From NCBI GenBank assembly GCA_040007375.1, contig JBDTVD010000003.1, forward strand, positions 1 through 36,990: a stretch of 36,990 nt of DNA, given 5' to 3'. How positions within the stretch are numbered: position 1 is the first letter of the stretch; each line of letters starts with the position of its first letter. A program made the translations under genes and the position numbers. This document shows, piece by piece, positions 9,773 through 20,256 of the stretch. Source of the stretch: Bacteroidota bacterium (GTDB taxonomy: Bacteria > Bacteroidota > Bacteroidia > AKYH767-A > OLB10). The notes under the pieces are model-generated. The model made no database searches. It was not told the origin of the DNA and worked only from the letters and a program-made list of their open reading frames with translations.

Positions 9773-10495
9773 ATGAATAAGATTTACAAAAGTATATTAC
9801 TCCTGCTAACTGTATTAACTGTTAATGTTCATGCACAGACTGCCGGAGATGTTAAAGTGGAAAACGACACTGTTTATTTAAAAGGGGTTCCTCAGGTTAC
9901 CTGCAAAGCAAAGGTAAAAAACGGTATGTCGCTTTATGTGATCAATTCATTTGATAGTGTTGCCCAGGCAACTTTACTTCTTGTTGACAGAGATTCTGTA
10001 GTAGGATGTACTGCCCGTTTTGAAAAGTTATTGTTGAAGTACGAGGTTCTTTACACTAAAACAGATATAAGTGTAATAATGGAATCATATATAAAGAATA
10101 AAGTTATTGTGGATGGTAAAATTGATTCACTTGGACTTGTTGCTTATTGCAATGGAAAAAAGATAGTTCTCCAGCCCATGAGGTTAAAAAAGAAAGGTGA
10201 AATTCCTTTTAATGATTCTCTTTTAGTGAAACGCGCCAAGGATGATATGGCAAGTCAGATTTTCTTTTCTATTGAAAATACACAATCTGCTTCTGCAAAG
10301 GTGAGTATTGGCTCGCCCTCCAGTAACAGAATCAAATTTTTAGCACCAGGACAAAAATCTGATGATCATGCCAGGCCGGGAGAAAAAATTTGTTTGCTGG
10401 ATAACAATAATAAAGTTGTTTCCTGTGAAGAAATAAGTCAGGGATTGAAGTCAATTCAGATTACAAAGAAGGGAACTTTAGTAAGAGGCGAATAA
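9773..10495 (+). CDS. Hypothetical secreted protein
   Basis: 240 aa with signal peptide ending VHA-Q. No family recognised. Confidence 0.7.
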   Translation: MNKIYKSILLLLTVLTVNVHAQTAGDVKVENDTVYLKGVPQVTCKAKVKNGMSLYVINSFDSVAQATLLLVDRDSVVGCTARFEKLLLKYEVLYTKTDISVIMESYIKNKVIVDGKIDSLGLVAYCNGKKIVLQPMRLKKKGEIPFNDSLLVKRAKDDMASQIFFSIENTQSASAKVSIGSPSSNRIKFLAPGQKSDDHARPGEKICLLDNNNKVVSCEEISQGLKSIQITKKGTLVRGE

Positions 10496-10504
10496 ATAAT
10501 TCTT

Positions 10505-13261
10505 TTATTCTGCTGAATGTTTGCTGATCTCATCCCTGAAGGAGATCACCACTTTTTTAAGAACCTCATCCAGCCTTTGTATGTCTGCAGTAAGTTGATC
10601 TCTTGTTCTTTTCTTGTCACGGTAACCCTCAATATTTCTGATTGTTTCACGAAGGCTGATGATGCCGGCTCCATCAAGTGTAGGTTTTAGTTTATGCGCA
10701 AGCGAACAGATAGAATCAATTTCATTTTTTAATAGATGATATTTCATCTGCTCAATAATCGGCGGAATAGATTCAATAAAGATGGTTAGCATCCTTTGAA
10801 TAAAAGCAGGATTATTTTTTGAATCATTTTGCAGTAACGATAAATCATATAATGTAACCTGTTGTGTGGAAGGTTTTTTACGCGCAGGAAAACGCGGACG
10901 TTGCAGTGCGCTGATCAATGAAGGGTCACCATTTTTTATATGCGTTGCTATTTTGCTGAAAAGTGTAACCTCTTTATAAGGCTTAACAAGTAAATCTGTC
11001 ATTCCTTCTGATATATATTTTTTATGCATGGTTCTGCTGGTATTTGCAGTTAATGCAATGATGGGTGTCTTTGCTTTTTTCTTATCACTCATATTCCTGA
11101 TAATATGCATAGCATCAATACCATTCAGATCAGGCATCTGGATATCCATCAGAATAATATCATAATAATATTGGTTGATGAGTGAAATCGCTTCTCTTCC
11201 ATTTGTTGCTGAATCAACAACAAATCCCCAATCCTGCAACATGGCTTCCGTAATAAACTGATTTACTCTGTTATCTTCTGCAAGCAACACCCGCAATTTT
11301 CCAAGACTTGTAAATTCTACACGTTGTGGTATGCCTGAAGAAATTGCCTGCACATCTGCTTTATCAAAATTGATTACGAAACGGAAATCAGATCCGATGC
11401 CAGGTTCTGAATGTAACCAGATTCTTCCACCTTGCATTTCAACGAGCTGACGACAAATGGTAAGTCCAAGTCCGCTTCCTCCATACTGACGTGAAATGCT
11501 GGATGAAGCCTGAGTAAAACTTTCAAAAATAGATTCTGCTTTATCAGTTTCAATTCCAATACCTGTATCACGCACAGAAAATTCAATTTCAATCTGATCA
11601 GAACTTTCCTGCAATACAGAACAAGTAAGATTGATACTTCCATGCTCAGTAAATTTAATTGCATTGCTGAGCAGATTAAGAATAATCTGGTTCAAACGAT
11701 ACGGATCACCACTTAACGGTGGAATTTCAAATGCCGGCAGAAACAGACTTAACGCCAGATCTTTTTCTTCAGCTTTATATAACTGAGTTTGAATTGAAGT
11801 GGTAACAGTATCTTTTAAATTGAATGGAATTTTTTCAATCGTCAGCTTTCCTGATTCAATTTTTGAATAGTCAAGTATATCATTAACGATGATGAGAAGA
11901 TGCTCTGCTGTTGTTCTTAATATATCAAGATAATTCCTTTGTATTCCATCTATCTTGGTTTTATATAGTAAGCCTGCCATGCCCAGAATACCATTTATCG
12001 GTGTGCGCAATTCATGACTTACATTAGCAAGAAAATTTTCTTTGATACGTGCAGTTTCTTCAGCATGCTGGCGTGCAAGTACTAATGTTTCCTCAATTTT
12101 TTTCCTGTCGGTAACTTCAAGTGCTGTTCCAACCAGCTTCACTACTTTATTATTATCGTTTCTAAAAGCTTTACCGATAGAATGAATTGCTTTTACACTC
12201 TGATCAGGAAGAACAATGCGATGATCTACTTCATACGTATCACCATTTATCAGAGCATTTTCAATACGCTTCACCAGCATTTCAACATCATCAGGATGTA
12301 TTGTTCTCAGATATTGTTCATATGTAGGACTCGTACCAACAGGCACGCCATAAATTCTGCATAACTCATCTGACCACAATATCTCTCCTGTAACAACATC
12401 GTATTCCCAGTTACCGAAATGCGCCATTTCCTGCGCTTCTTTCATGCGTAAACCACTTTGCTTTAATTGTTCTTCCGCACGTTTTTTTTGAGTGATGTCA
12501 GTAGAAATTCCAAGAACATGAATGGTTCCGTCAGGTTGTTCCAAAGGAACTTTAATTGTATCAAACCATTTCACTTCACCTGTTGGAATTGTAAATGGTT
12601 CTTCCAGCCTGATTTCTTTCCGTTGTTCAATCACTTCTTTATCTGTACTTGAATAAAGATCCAGTTCAGAAATATTATCATGCAACTCACTGTTCTTCCT
12701 GCTTACGATCTGTTGAGGATCCCTGCGGAATGATTTTGACATCGCTTCATTTACCAGCAGGAAACGCCCTTCTGAATCTTTAACAAAAATGAGATGTGGT
12801 GTATTTTCAATTATCTGTTTGTTGAGTTCCTTGCTTTCGCGTAATTCTTCCTGTATTTTTTTTCTTTCTGTAATGTTTAATCCATATCCTATAACGTAAC
12901 ATAATTTTCCTTCACTATCAAACAAAGGTGAAAGACGACGTAAATGATAAGTCTGAATTCCTTCAGCGTTATCTAATATTTCTTCCCATTCTGTTTCTTT
13001 ATGATTCGCTAAAACACTTTCAAACATTTTCCTGCGGTTTTCTGCAAGCGTAGTGTCTTTATTCCGGTACGTGCAATAATCGAAATCCGTTTTTCCTATC
13101 AGCCATTTACGTATTTCAGGGTCGTTTACTGCATGACGGTTAATATATATATAATGCCAGTCTAAATCAAAAATAACGATATCAGCATTTAGCTCATCTA
13201 ATAAAACTTCAAAAAAATTATCGGGATTTGATAGTGGCATGATGTAGTTATATTCTTCCAT
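10505..13261 (-). CDS. Cytoplasmic hybrid sensor histidine kinase (3 PAS/PAC, HisKA, HATPase, REC, HPt)
   Basis: SHELRTP, NLLSNAIKFT, DTGIGI, GGSGLGL, LMDIQMP and AHKLKP. No TM segment. The start may instead be 13240. Confidence 0.93.
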   Translation of the reverse strand: MEEYNYIMPLSNPDNFFEVLLDELNADIVIFDLDWHYIYINRHAVNDPEIRKWLIGKTDFDYCTYRNKDTTLAENRRKMFESVLANHKETEWEEILDNAEGIQTYHLRRLSPLFDSEGKLCYVIGYGLNITERKKIQEELRESKELNKQIIENTPHLIFVKDSEGRFLLVNEAMSKSFRRDPQQIVSRKNSELHDNISELDLYSSTDKEVIEQRKEIRLEEPFTIPTGEVKWFDTIKVPLEQPDGTIHVLGISTDITQKKRAEEQLKQSGLRMKEAQEMAHFGNWEYDVVTGEILWSDELCRIYGVPVGTSPTYEQYLRTIHPDDVEMLVKRIENALINGDTYEVDHRIVLPDQSVKAIHSIGKAFRNDNNKVVKLVGTALEVTDRKKIEETLVLARQHAEETARIKENFLANVSHELRTPINGILGMAGLLYKTKIDGIQRNYLDILRTTAEHLLIIVNDILDYSKIESGKLTIEKIPFNLKDTVTTSIQTQLYKAEEKDLALSLFLPAFEIPPLSGDPYRLNQIILNLLSNAIKFTEHGSINLTCSVLQESSDQIEIEFSVRDTGIGIETDKAESIFESFTQASSSISRQYGGSGLGLTICRQLVEMQGGRIWLHSEPGIGSDFRFVINFDKADVQAISSGIPQRVEFTSLGKLRVLLAEDNRVNQFITEAMLQDWGFVVDSATNGREAISLINQYYYDIILMDIQMPDLNGIDAMHIIRNMSDKKKAKTPIIALTANTSRTMHKKYISEGMTDLLVKPYKEVTLFSKIATHIKNGDPSLISALQRPRFPARKKPSTQQVTLYDLSLLQNDSKNNPAFIQRMLTIFIESIPPIIEQMKYHLLKNEIDSICSLAHKLKPTLDGAGIISLRETIRNIEGYRDKKRTRDQLTADIQRLDEVLKKVVISFRDEISKHSAE

Positions 13262-14600
13262 CCTTTAACATGCGATAAATAGTTGACTTACCGATCTGAA
13301 GTTTATCAGCAATAAGCAATACGTTCTGATCATATTTATTCATGTAGTGTTTCAGTATTCTCCTGTTGTATTCCTCCATGGTTGTTTCATTCTGAAGAAG
13401 ATCATCAAGTGATGCTGCATTGCCAAATACAATTTGCTGCTCTGTAATTATTACTTCATCAGTAATTACTGCAGCAAGTTCAACAATTGCCTTCAGCTCT
13501 CTTGCATTACCAGGATAATAATAGGAGGTAAGTTTTTTCTGTGCATCTGTTGAAAATGTTTTTGCAGGAATTTTATTTTCTATGCAGAAATGATCAAGGA
13601 AATGTTTTGCAATTAAAAGGATGTCGTTCCCACGTTCACGCAGTGGAGGAAGATGAATTGGTAAACCTAACAAACGATAATATAAATCTTCCCTGAACGT
13701 GCCTTTCTTCACTTCATCTGCAAGATTTTTATGCGTTGCAACTATGATGCGTACATCCAGAGAAATTAATGTGTTGCTTCCAATGCGACTGATTTCTCTT
13801 TCCTGTAAAACACGTAATATCTTTGCCTGCAAACCAAAATCAAGGTCTGCAATTTCATCCAGAAAAATAGTTCCACCCTGTGCTTCTTCAAACTTTCCTA
13901 ATCGTCGTGATACTGCTCCGGTGAACGAACCTTTTTCATGTCCGAATAATTCACTCTCCAGCAAGTCGCGCGGAATACTTGCAACATTAACAGCCATAAA
14001 TGATTTCTTATTCCGCGGTGATTGGTAATGAATAGCCTTTGCAATGAGTTCTTTCCCTGTTCCTGTTTCTCCGCTGATGCTGACTGTGATTTGTGATCGT
14101 GCAGCTTTCTCCATCATATTAAAAACCTGTTTCATGCTGTCACTGTTTCCAATAATAGCTTTCTGAAAATCATATTTGGATGTTACCTCACTTCTCAGTT
14201 TATCCAGTTCCAGGTTGAGCGCTTGTTTATTTCTTATGTGTTCAATTGTATTTAATAATCTGTCGCGGGTATCATTATCTTTTACAATATAATCATACGC
14301 TCCCTGCTTTAACAGATTAACAGCAGTATCAATTTTTTCCTGTGCAGATATTACAATCACATCAGTGCCCGGACTTTCTTTCCTTATTTTTTTTAATGCT
14401 TCTTCACCTTTCATATCAGGCAATGAATAATCAAGTGTAATTACCTGCGGATGTTCATGCAACATTTTAATGCACGCTTTTGCTGAGGTAAATCTGATGA
14501 CTTCAAAATCAGGATTTAGCCCAAGATGATACGTTAGCCATTCGCTGTACCATGGATCATCTTCCACAACAAAAATTTTAATAGCACTTGTTGGAATCAC
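13248..14600 (-). CDS. Sigma-54-dependent Fis-family response regulator (NtrC-like)
   Basis: REC domain, GETGTGKE, ELFGHEKGSFTGA, FLDEI, FREDLYYRL and C-terminal HTH. Confidence 0.95.
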   Translation of the reverse strand: MIPTSAIKIFVVEDDPWYSEWLTYHLGLNPDFEVIRFTSAKACIKMLHEHPQVITLDYSLPDMKGEEALKKIRKESPGTDVIVISAQEKIDTAVNLLKQGAYDYIVKDNDTRDRLLNTIEHIRNKQALNLELDKLRSEVTSKYDFQKAIIGNSDSMKQVFNMMEKAARSQITVSISGETGTGKELIAKAIHYQSPRNKKSFMAVNVASIPRDLLESELFGHEKGSFTGAVSRRLGKFEEAQGGTIFLDEIADLDFGLQAKILRVLQEREISRIGSNTLISLDVRIIVATHKNLADEVKKGTFREDLYYRLLGLPIHLPPLRERGNDILLIAKHFLDHFCIENKIPAKTFSTDAQKKLTSYYYPGNARELKAIVELAAVITDEVIITEQQIVFGNAASLDDLLQNETTMEEYNRRILKHYMNKYDQNVLLIADKLQIGKSTIYRMLKDGRI

Positions 14601-14683
14601 TTCTGAAGAAATTTTTATTGATACTGCTTGATTGACTAGTTATATATATAAACAAAAATAATATTTGTAACGACTGATTAATT

Positions 14684-15712
14684 TCAACCTGCCCAAATGG
14701 TGGTTCCTTCTGTACAGTTCTTGCACATTTCTATTTCTTTGCGTGAACGCACAACGGATTCTCTGAAGTTTCTGTACAGATTATTGTTCCATATATCAGA
14801 AAATGAAGTATCAGTAAGTGAACCCATTTTATTTTGTGCATCTTTATCAAAGCAGCAGGGAACAACAGTACCGTCCCACGTGATTACTGCAGAATGCCAC
14901 AACTTCCAGCAATTATTTTCATAGTTGTTTTTTACTGAATAAGTACCATCACCATTTTTTTTGTACCGGGAATATTTTGTATTGTCTGGTATCAGTTCAT
15001 TCCCGTTTTCATAATCATAAACCTGTGCAGTTTTAAATCCTGTTTCGTTAACACCAAGCTGAGCAGCCAGCTTTTTCACTTCGGTAATCTGATGCTCATT
15101 ATGTTTTACAACAAGGAACTGGAAAATGATATGTGGAGTTTTACTTTTCAGTCTTTTCTTGGCTTCAACAACTCTTTTTGTTCCTTCAATCACTTTTTCA
15201 AGCTTGCCACCAATGCGATAACTTTCATAAGTTTCCTGTGTAGTGCCATCAATGGAAATAATTAAGCGATCAAGTCCGGATTGTACTATTTTATCAGCAT
15301 TACTTTCTGAAAGATAATGTCCATTGGTGGAAGTTGCTGTATATATATTTTTTGCTGCAGCATATTTTACAAGGTTAAAAAAATCGGGATGCAGAAATGG
15401 TTCACCCTGGAAATAAAGTATAAGATACCATAATGAAGGTGCAAGCTCATCAATTGCTTTTCTGTACAACTCGGTATTGAGCATTCCTGTCGGACGGGTA
15501 AACGACCGTAACCCACTCGGACATTCCGGGCAGCGCAGATTGCAACTTGTGGTAGGTTCAATAGATATAGAAATCGGTAATCCTCTGTGTATTGCCTTAC
15601 CGGTTATTCTGGCGAAATAATAACTGCATAAAACACCAGCCGCATTTATAAACCGTCGGGTTGTAATCCTTGAAATGAAACGCAGCCCGTCGCTGAAACT
15701 TCTGTTGATCAC
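14684..15712 (-). CDS. Radical SAM protein with SPASM/twitch domain
   Basis: CNLRCPEC, QGEP, and C-terminal C...VPCC...CKNC. Confidence 0.9.
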   Translation of the reverse strand: MINRSFSDGLRFISRITTRRFINAAGVLCSYYFARITGKAIHRGLPISISIEPTTSCNLRCPECPSGLRSFTRPTGMLNTELYRKAIDELAPSLWYLILYFQGEPFLHPDFFNLVKYAAAKNIYTATSTNGHYLSESNADKIVQSGLDRLIISIDGTTQETYESYRIGGKLEKVIEGTKRVVEAKKRLKSKTPHIIFQFLVVKHNEHQITEVKKLAAQLGVNETGFKTAQVYDYENGNELIPDNTKYSRYKKNGDGTYSVKNNYENNCWKLWHSAVITWDGTVVPCCFDKDAQNKMGSLTDTSFSDIWNNNLYRNFRESVVRSRKEIEMCKNCTEGTTIWAG

Positions 15713-15823
15713 TTATTTAGATATTTATTAAACAATGTGCTAAGCTACGGAATAATTGCCGCTTTGCTTTGGTTGAAAAACTACGTCATTTCGCTCATTC
15801 GTTTTTAATTACATTTACCGCCG

Positions 15824-18208
15824 ATGTTCAGTTGGTTGGCGCGTTTTATTTTACGGAACAGGATCTCCTTATTAGTTGTGATAAGCCTGGTTACTGCAAT
15901 CATGGGTTACAAAGCCTTTGATATCCGCCTGTCATACGATTTCGCTAAAATTCTTCCAGAAACAGATCCGGATTACATCGCGTACGAAAATTTTAAGAAG
16001 ACTTTCGGAGAAGATGGAAGCGTGATGGTAATTGGTGTGGAGGATAAAAATTTTTTTCAGCTGGAGAAGTTCAACGATTGGTGGACACTTGGTGAGGAAA
16101 TTAAAAAGATAGATGGAATTGAAGCTGTTGTTTCCCTGGCAGGAATATATTCTATCAGCAGAAATGATGAATTGCAAAAGTTTGACCTGCGGCCTCTCGT
16201 AACGGCACCTTTAAAAACCCAGACAGAACTTGATTCCATTCATGATGTAATAGAAAAACTGCCTTTTTATAAAGGATTTATATATAATCCAGCTACCGGA
16301 GCTTCTGCAATGGCCATCACTTTTAATAAGGCAAAGCTGAATACCAAAAACCGGATTACTATAATAAATTATATAAAAGAAAAGTCGGATGAATTTGGAA
16401 AGAAGTACCAGCTGAATCTTCATTACTCAGGGATGCCATATATCCGTACTGCTTTAACGGCAAAGGTTTCTGCGGAGATGAAGTTGTTCCTCATGCTGGC
16501 ATTACTGGTTACAGCAATTATTCTATATATATTTTTCAGATCGTTCCAGGTAATGATCTACTCAATGCTGGTTGTAGTGGTAGGTGTAATCTGGTCGCTG
16601 GGTACCATTGCTTTGTTAGGATATAAAATCACCATATTAAGCGGGTTGATTCCACCTTTAATAATTGTTATCGGTGTACCGAATTGCATTTTATTATTGA
16701 ATAAATATCACACAGAATTTAATAAGCATGGCAAACAGGCAAGATCACTGGCAAGGATGATTCAGAGTATAGGCTTTACAACGGTGCTTGCTAATGTAAC
16801 AACTGCCATTGGTTTTTTTGTTTTTTATTTTACAAACAGTAATCTGCTTGTTGAATTCGGATTGGTAGCTGCAGCAAATGTTATGTCAACATGTGTGTTG
16901 TCCATAGTTCTCATACCTATCATTTTCAGTTTTCTGCCACCACCTAAAGTGAAACATACGCAGCATATTCATTCACCGCGTATCCACCGGTTGCTTGAAT
17001 TTGTTGAAGAGTGGGTAAATGATCACCATAAAACTGTTTATGCAACGGTAATAATAATTGTTCTGGTTTCTATTGTAGGAATGACGAGATTGTCAACTGT
17101 TGGTTATGTTGTTGATGATTTACCAAAGAAGGATCCTATATATATGGACATGAAATTTTTTGAAAGAAATTTTCATGGAGTGCTTCCATTGGAAATGGCA
17201 ATTGATACCAGGGAACCAGGAAAGGCTTTACAGGTAAATACACTTCAGAAAATAAACCGGTTGCAGAAAGTGCTTAATCAATATCCGGAATTCTCACGGC
17301 CGATTTCCATTGTAGAAGCGGTTAAGTTTGCATACCAGGCATTCAAGAATGGAGATGAGAAATATTATATATTGCCGGGAAGTATTCAGCTTGCTGAACT
17401 TTCAGGATTTATAGGTGATACAAAAGGCCGCGAGCAATTATTCAAAAGTTTTCTTGATAGTTCAAAGCAAGTAACAAGGATAAGTGTTCAGATGGCTGAT
17501 ATTGGATCAGTGAAGATGAAAAAACTGGTGAACGAATTGCAACCACGGATTGATTCTATTTTTGATCCGGCAAAATTTACAACAACGATTACAGGGAACT
17601 CCAGGATATTTTTGAAAGGAAATGATTACCTGTTTAAAAATCTTTTAGAAAGTATTCTTCTTGCCATTTTTCTTATCAGTATAATTATGATCCTGCTGTT
17701 TATGTCGCTGCGTATGATATTGATTTCAATTATTCCGAGTATTATTCCATTGATCATGACAGCTGGTGTTATGGGATTCCTCAATATCCCTTTAAAACCT
17801 TCCACCATTTTAATTTTCAGTATTGCATTCGGAATTGCTTCTGATCAGACGATCTATTTTCTCACTAAATACCGTCAGGAAATGAGGAGCCATAAGATGA
17901 TCAGTATATCAAAGGCGGTATCAGTAACAATCAGCGAAACCGGTGTAAGCATGATTTATACTGCTGTTATTCTGTTCTGTGGTTTCTTTATTTTCAGTGC
18001 ATCCGGTTTCGGAGGTACTGCTTCATTAGGGAAACTGATTTCTTTTACGCTTCTCATGGCTGTTTGCTCTAACCTTGTGTTATTACCAACTTTCCTGGTT
18101 GGTCTTGAGCGTAAACTTACCACCAAGGCTTTTCTCCAGGAGCCACTTTTCGAATTGAATGAAGAAGAAGCCGACATCGATCTTGATGAACTGGAAATCG
18201 AAAAATAA
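15824..18208 (+). CDS. MMPL/RND family transporter
   Basis: Two repeats of TM1, large loop, 5 TM, with IIVIGVPNCI and IAFGIASDQTI motifs. Confidence 0.9.
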   Translation: MFSWLARFILRNRISLLVVISLVTAIMGYKAFDIRLSYDFAKILPETDPDYIAYENFKKTFGEDGSVMVIGVEDKNFFQLEKFNDWWTLGEEIKKIDGIEAVVSLAGIYSISRNDELQKFDLRPLVTAPLKTQTELDSIHDVIEKLPFYKGFIYNPATGASAMAITFNKAKLNTKNRITIINYIKEKSDEFGKKYQLNLHYSGMPYIRTALTAKVSAEMKLFLMLALLVTAIILYIFFRSFQVMIYSMLVVVVGVIWSLGTIALLGYKITILSGLIPPLIIVIGVPNCILLLNKYHTEFNKHGKQARSLARMIQSIGFTTVLANVTTAIGFFVFYFTNSNLLVEFGLVAAANVMSTCVLSIVLIPIIFSFLPPPKVKHTQHIHSPRIHRLLEFVEEWVNDHHKTVYATVIIIVLVSIVGMTRLSTVGYVVDDLPKKDPIYMDMKFFERNFHGVLPLEMAIDTREPGKALQVNTLQKINRLQKVLNQYPEFSRPISIVEAVKFAYQAFKNGDEKYYILPGSIQLAELSGFIGDTKGREQLFKSFLDSSKQVTRISVQMADIGSVKMKKLVNELQPRIDSIFDPAKFTTTITGNSRIFLKGNDYLFKNLLESILLAIFLISIIMILLFMSLRMILISIIPSIIPLIMTAGVMGFLNIPLKPSTILIFSIAFGIASDQTIYFLTKYRQEMRSHKMISISKAVSVTISETGVSMIYTAVILFCGFFIFSASGFGGTASLGKLISFTLLMAVCSNLVLLPTFLVGLERKLTTKAFLQEPLFELNEEEADIDLDELEIEK

Positions 18209-18385
18209 GTTTTTCAAATCCTTATTCTTCCAAATGCCGTAGATTATACGGTTCTTTCATCATATCTTCTTATTTTCGTCGCATCAACATTAATATTCAG
18301 ATCAGCTATCATATATAATTTGCTGTAGTATATAAATTATATATATCACGATACTGAGTTAACCCTTATGTTAAATCATTAAACG

Positions 18386-19246
18386 ATGAAAGGAATACTG
18401 CTTGCCGGAGGATCCGGTACCCGTTTGCACCCGTTAACTCTTGCAATGAGCAAGCAACTAATGCCGGTATTTGATAAGCCCATGATCTATTATCCATTAT
18501 CCGTATTGTTGATGGCAGGAATGCGTGAAGTACTTATCATTTCAACACCTCATGATCTTCCTCATTTTCAAAAATTACTTGGTGATGGCAGTCGTTTAGG
18601 TTGTAATTTTCAATACGCAGAACAACCAAGTCCGGATGGTCTTGCACAGGCATTTGTTATAGGAGAAAAATTTATCGGTAATGATAATGCTGCTTTAATT
18701 CTTGGTGATAATATATTTTATGGAACAGGGTTGCAACAGATTCTGCAACAGAATAATAATCCTGTTGGTGGCGTAGTTTTTGCTTATCACGTATCAGATC
18801 CAGAACGTTACGGTGTAGTTGAATTTAATGGTAATAAAAATGCCATCAGTATTGAGGAGAAGCCAGTCAACCCAAAATCAAATTATGCAGTGCCAGGGCT
18901 TTACTTTTATGATAATGAAGTTATCGCCATTGCAAAATCGCTGAAGCCAAGTCCGAGAGGTGAGTATGAAATTACAGATGTAAACAGAGAATATCTCCGG
19001 AGAGGAACATTGAAGGTTGGCATTCTTGATAAAGGCACAGCATGGCTCGATACCGGAACATTTGGCTCTTTGATGCAGGCAGGTCAGTTTGTGCAGGTGA
19101 TAGAAGAAAGACAGGGATTGAAGATCGGATGTATTGAAGAGGTTGCATATAGAATGGAATATATATCTAAAGCCCAGTTACATAACATTGCAGAACCTCT
19201 GATTAAGAGCGGATATGGAAAATATTTAATAAATTTGATAGACTAA
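18386..19246 (+). CDS. rfbA: Glucose-1-phosphate thymidylyltransferase
   Basis: [24 protein letters not shown] and WLDTGT. Confidence 0.97.
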   Translation: MKGILLAGGSGTRLHPLTLAMSKQLMPVFDKPMIYYPLSVLLMAGMREVLIISTPHDLPHFQKLLGDGSRLGCNFQYAEQPSPDGLAQAFVIGEKFIGNDNAALILGDNIFYGTGLQQILQQNNNPVGGVVFAYHVSDPERYGVVEFNGNKNAISIEEKPVNPKSNYAVPGLYFYDNEVIAIAKSLKPSPRGEYEITDVNREYLRRGTLKVGILDKGTAWLDTGTFGSLMQAGQFVQVIEERQGLKIGCIEEVAYRMEYISKAQLHNIAEPLIKSGYGKYLINLID

Positions 19247-19299
19247 TGTAATTCCCCTTTACTATTAGTAAAATCCAAAATCATAAACCCACACACTAC

Positions 19300-20256
19300 A
19301 TGAACACACGCATTCTTGTTACCGGAGGTGCCGGTTTTATCGGCAGCAGCCTCGCCCAGCAACTGGCCGACAATCCCTCAAATTTTGTTGTAGTAGTCGA
19401 TAATCTTCTAACCGGTTCGGAGAATAAATTACCGCGATCGGCAAACAACAACTTCAAATTCATAAGAGCTGATGTAAACGATTTTCAGGATATTGCCAGT
19501 GTATTTCACGGCTTTACCTTTGATTATGTTTTTCATTTTGCAGCAGTTGTTGGTGTTAAAAGGACTCTCACCAATCCTATAATGGTGTTGAATGATTTAA
19601 ATGGAATAAGAAACATTCTTAACCTTAGTAAAAATACAGGAGTAAAACGTGTTTATTATTCAAGTAGTTCCGAAGTGTATGGCGAACCTGTTGAATTTCC
19701 ACAAAACGAACATACCACACCGCTTAACTCAAGACTTCCATATGCTATTGTAAAGAATGTTGGTGAAGCTTACCTGCGTTCGTATATGCAGGAATATGGA
19801 TTGGAGTTTACAATCTTCCGCTTTTTCAATACTTATGGACCGAAACAAAGTGCTGACTTTGTAATGTCGAAATTTTTAACGGCAGCTTTAAGTCATCAGG
19901 ATATTACAATTTATGGTGATGGCAGCCAGACACGTACATTCTGTTATATTGATGATAATGTAGATGCATTGGTAAATGCATTTTATCAAAATAAAGTGGT
20001 GAATGATGTGGCCAATATTGGAAGTGACCTCGAAATATCAGTTCTCGATCTTGCTAAAAGAATTATCAGCTTAACAAATTCCCGTTCGAACATTGTTTTT
20101 CTGCCTGCTTTAAAAGAAGGTGACATGACACGCAGATGTCCGGACAACAGCAAAATGAAAGAATTGTTGAACAGACGCATGACAACTCTTGATGAAGGAG
20201 TTCATAAATTGATGGAAGCACGTAATTTTGTACCTCCATCAAAAATACATGTCTGA
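19300..20256 (+). CDS. NAD-dependent epimerase/dehydratase (extended SDR)
   Basis: TGGAGFIG, SSSEVYG, YAIVK and GDGSQTRTF. Confidence 0.92.
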   Translation: MNTRILVTGGAGFIGSSLAQQLADNPSNFVVVVDNLLTGSENKLPRSANNNFKFIRADVNDFQDIASVFHGFTFDYVFHFAAVVGVKRTLTNPIMVLNDLNGIRNILNLSKNTGVKRVYYSSSSEVYGEPVEFPQNEHTTPLNSRLPYAIVKNVGEAYLRSYMQEYGLEFTIFRFFNTYGPKQSADFVMSKFLTAALSHQDITIYGDGSQTRTFCYIDDNVDALVNAFYQNKVVNDVANIGSDLEISVLDLAKRIISLTNSRSNIVFLPALKEGDMTRRCPDNSKMKELLNRRMTTLDEGVHKLMEARNFVPPSKIHV

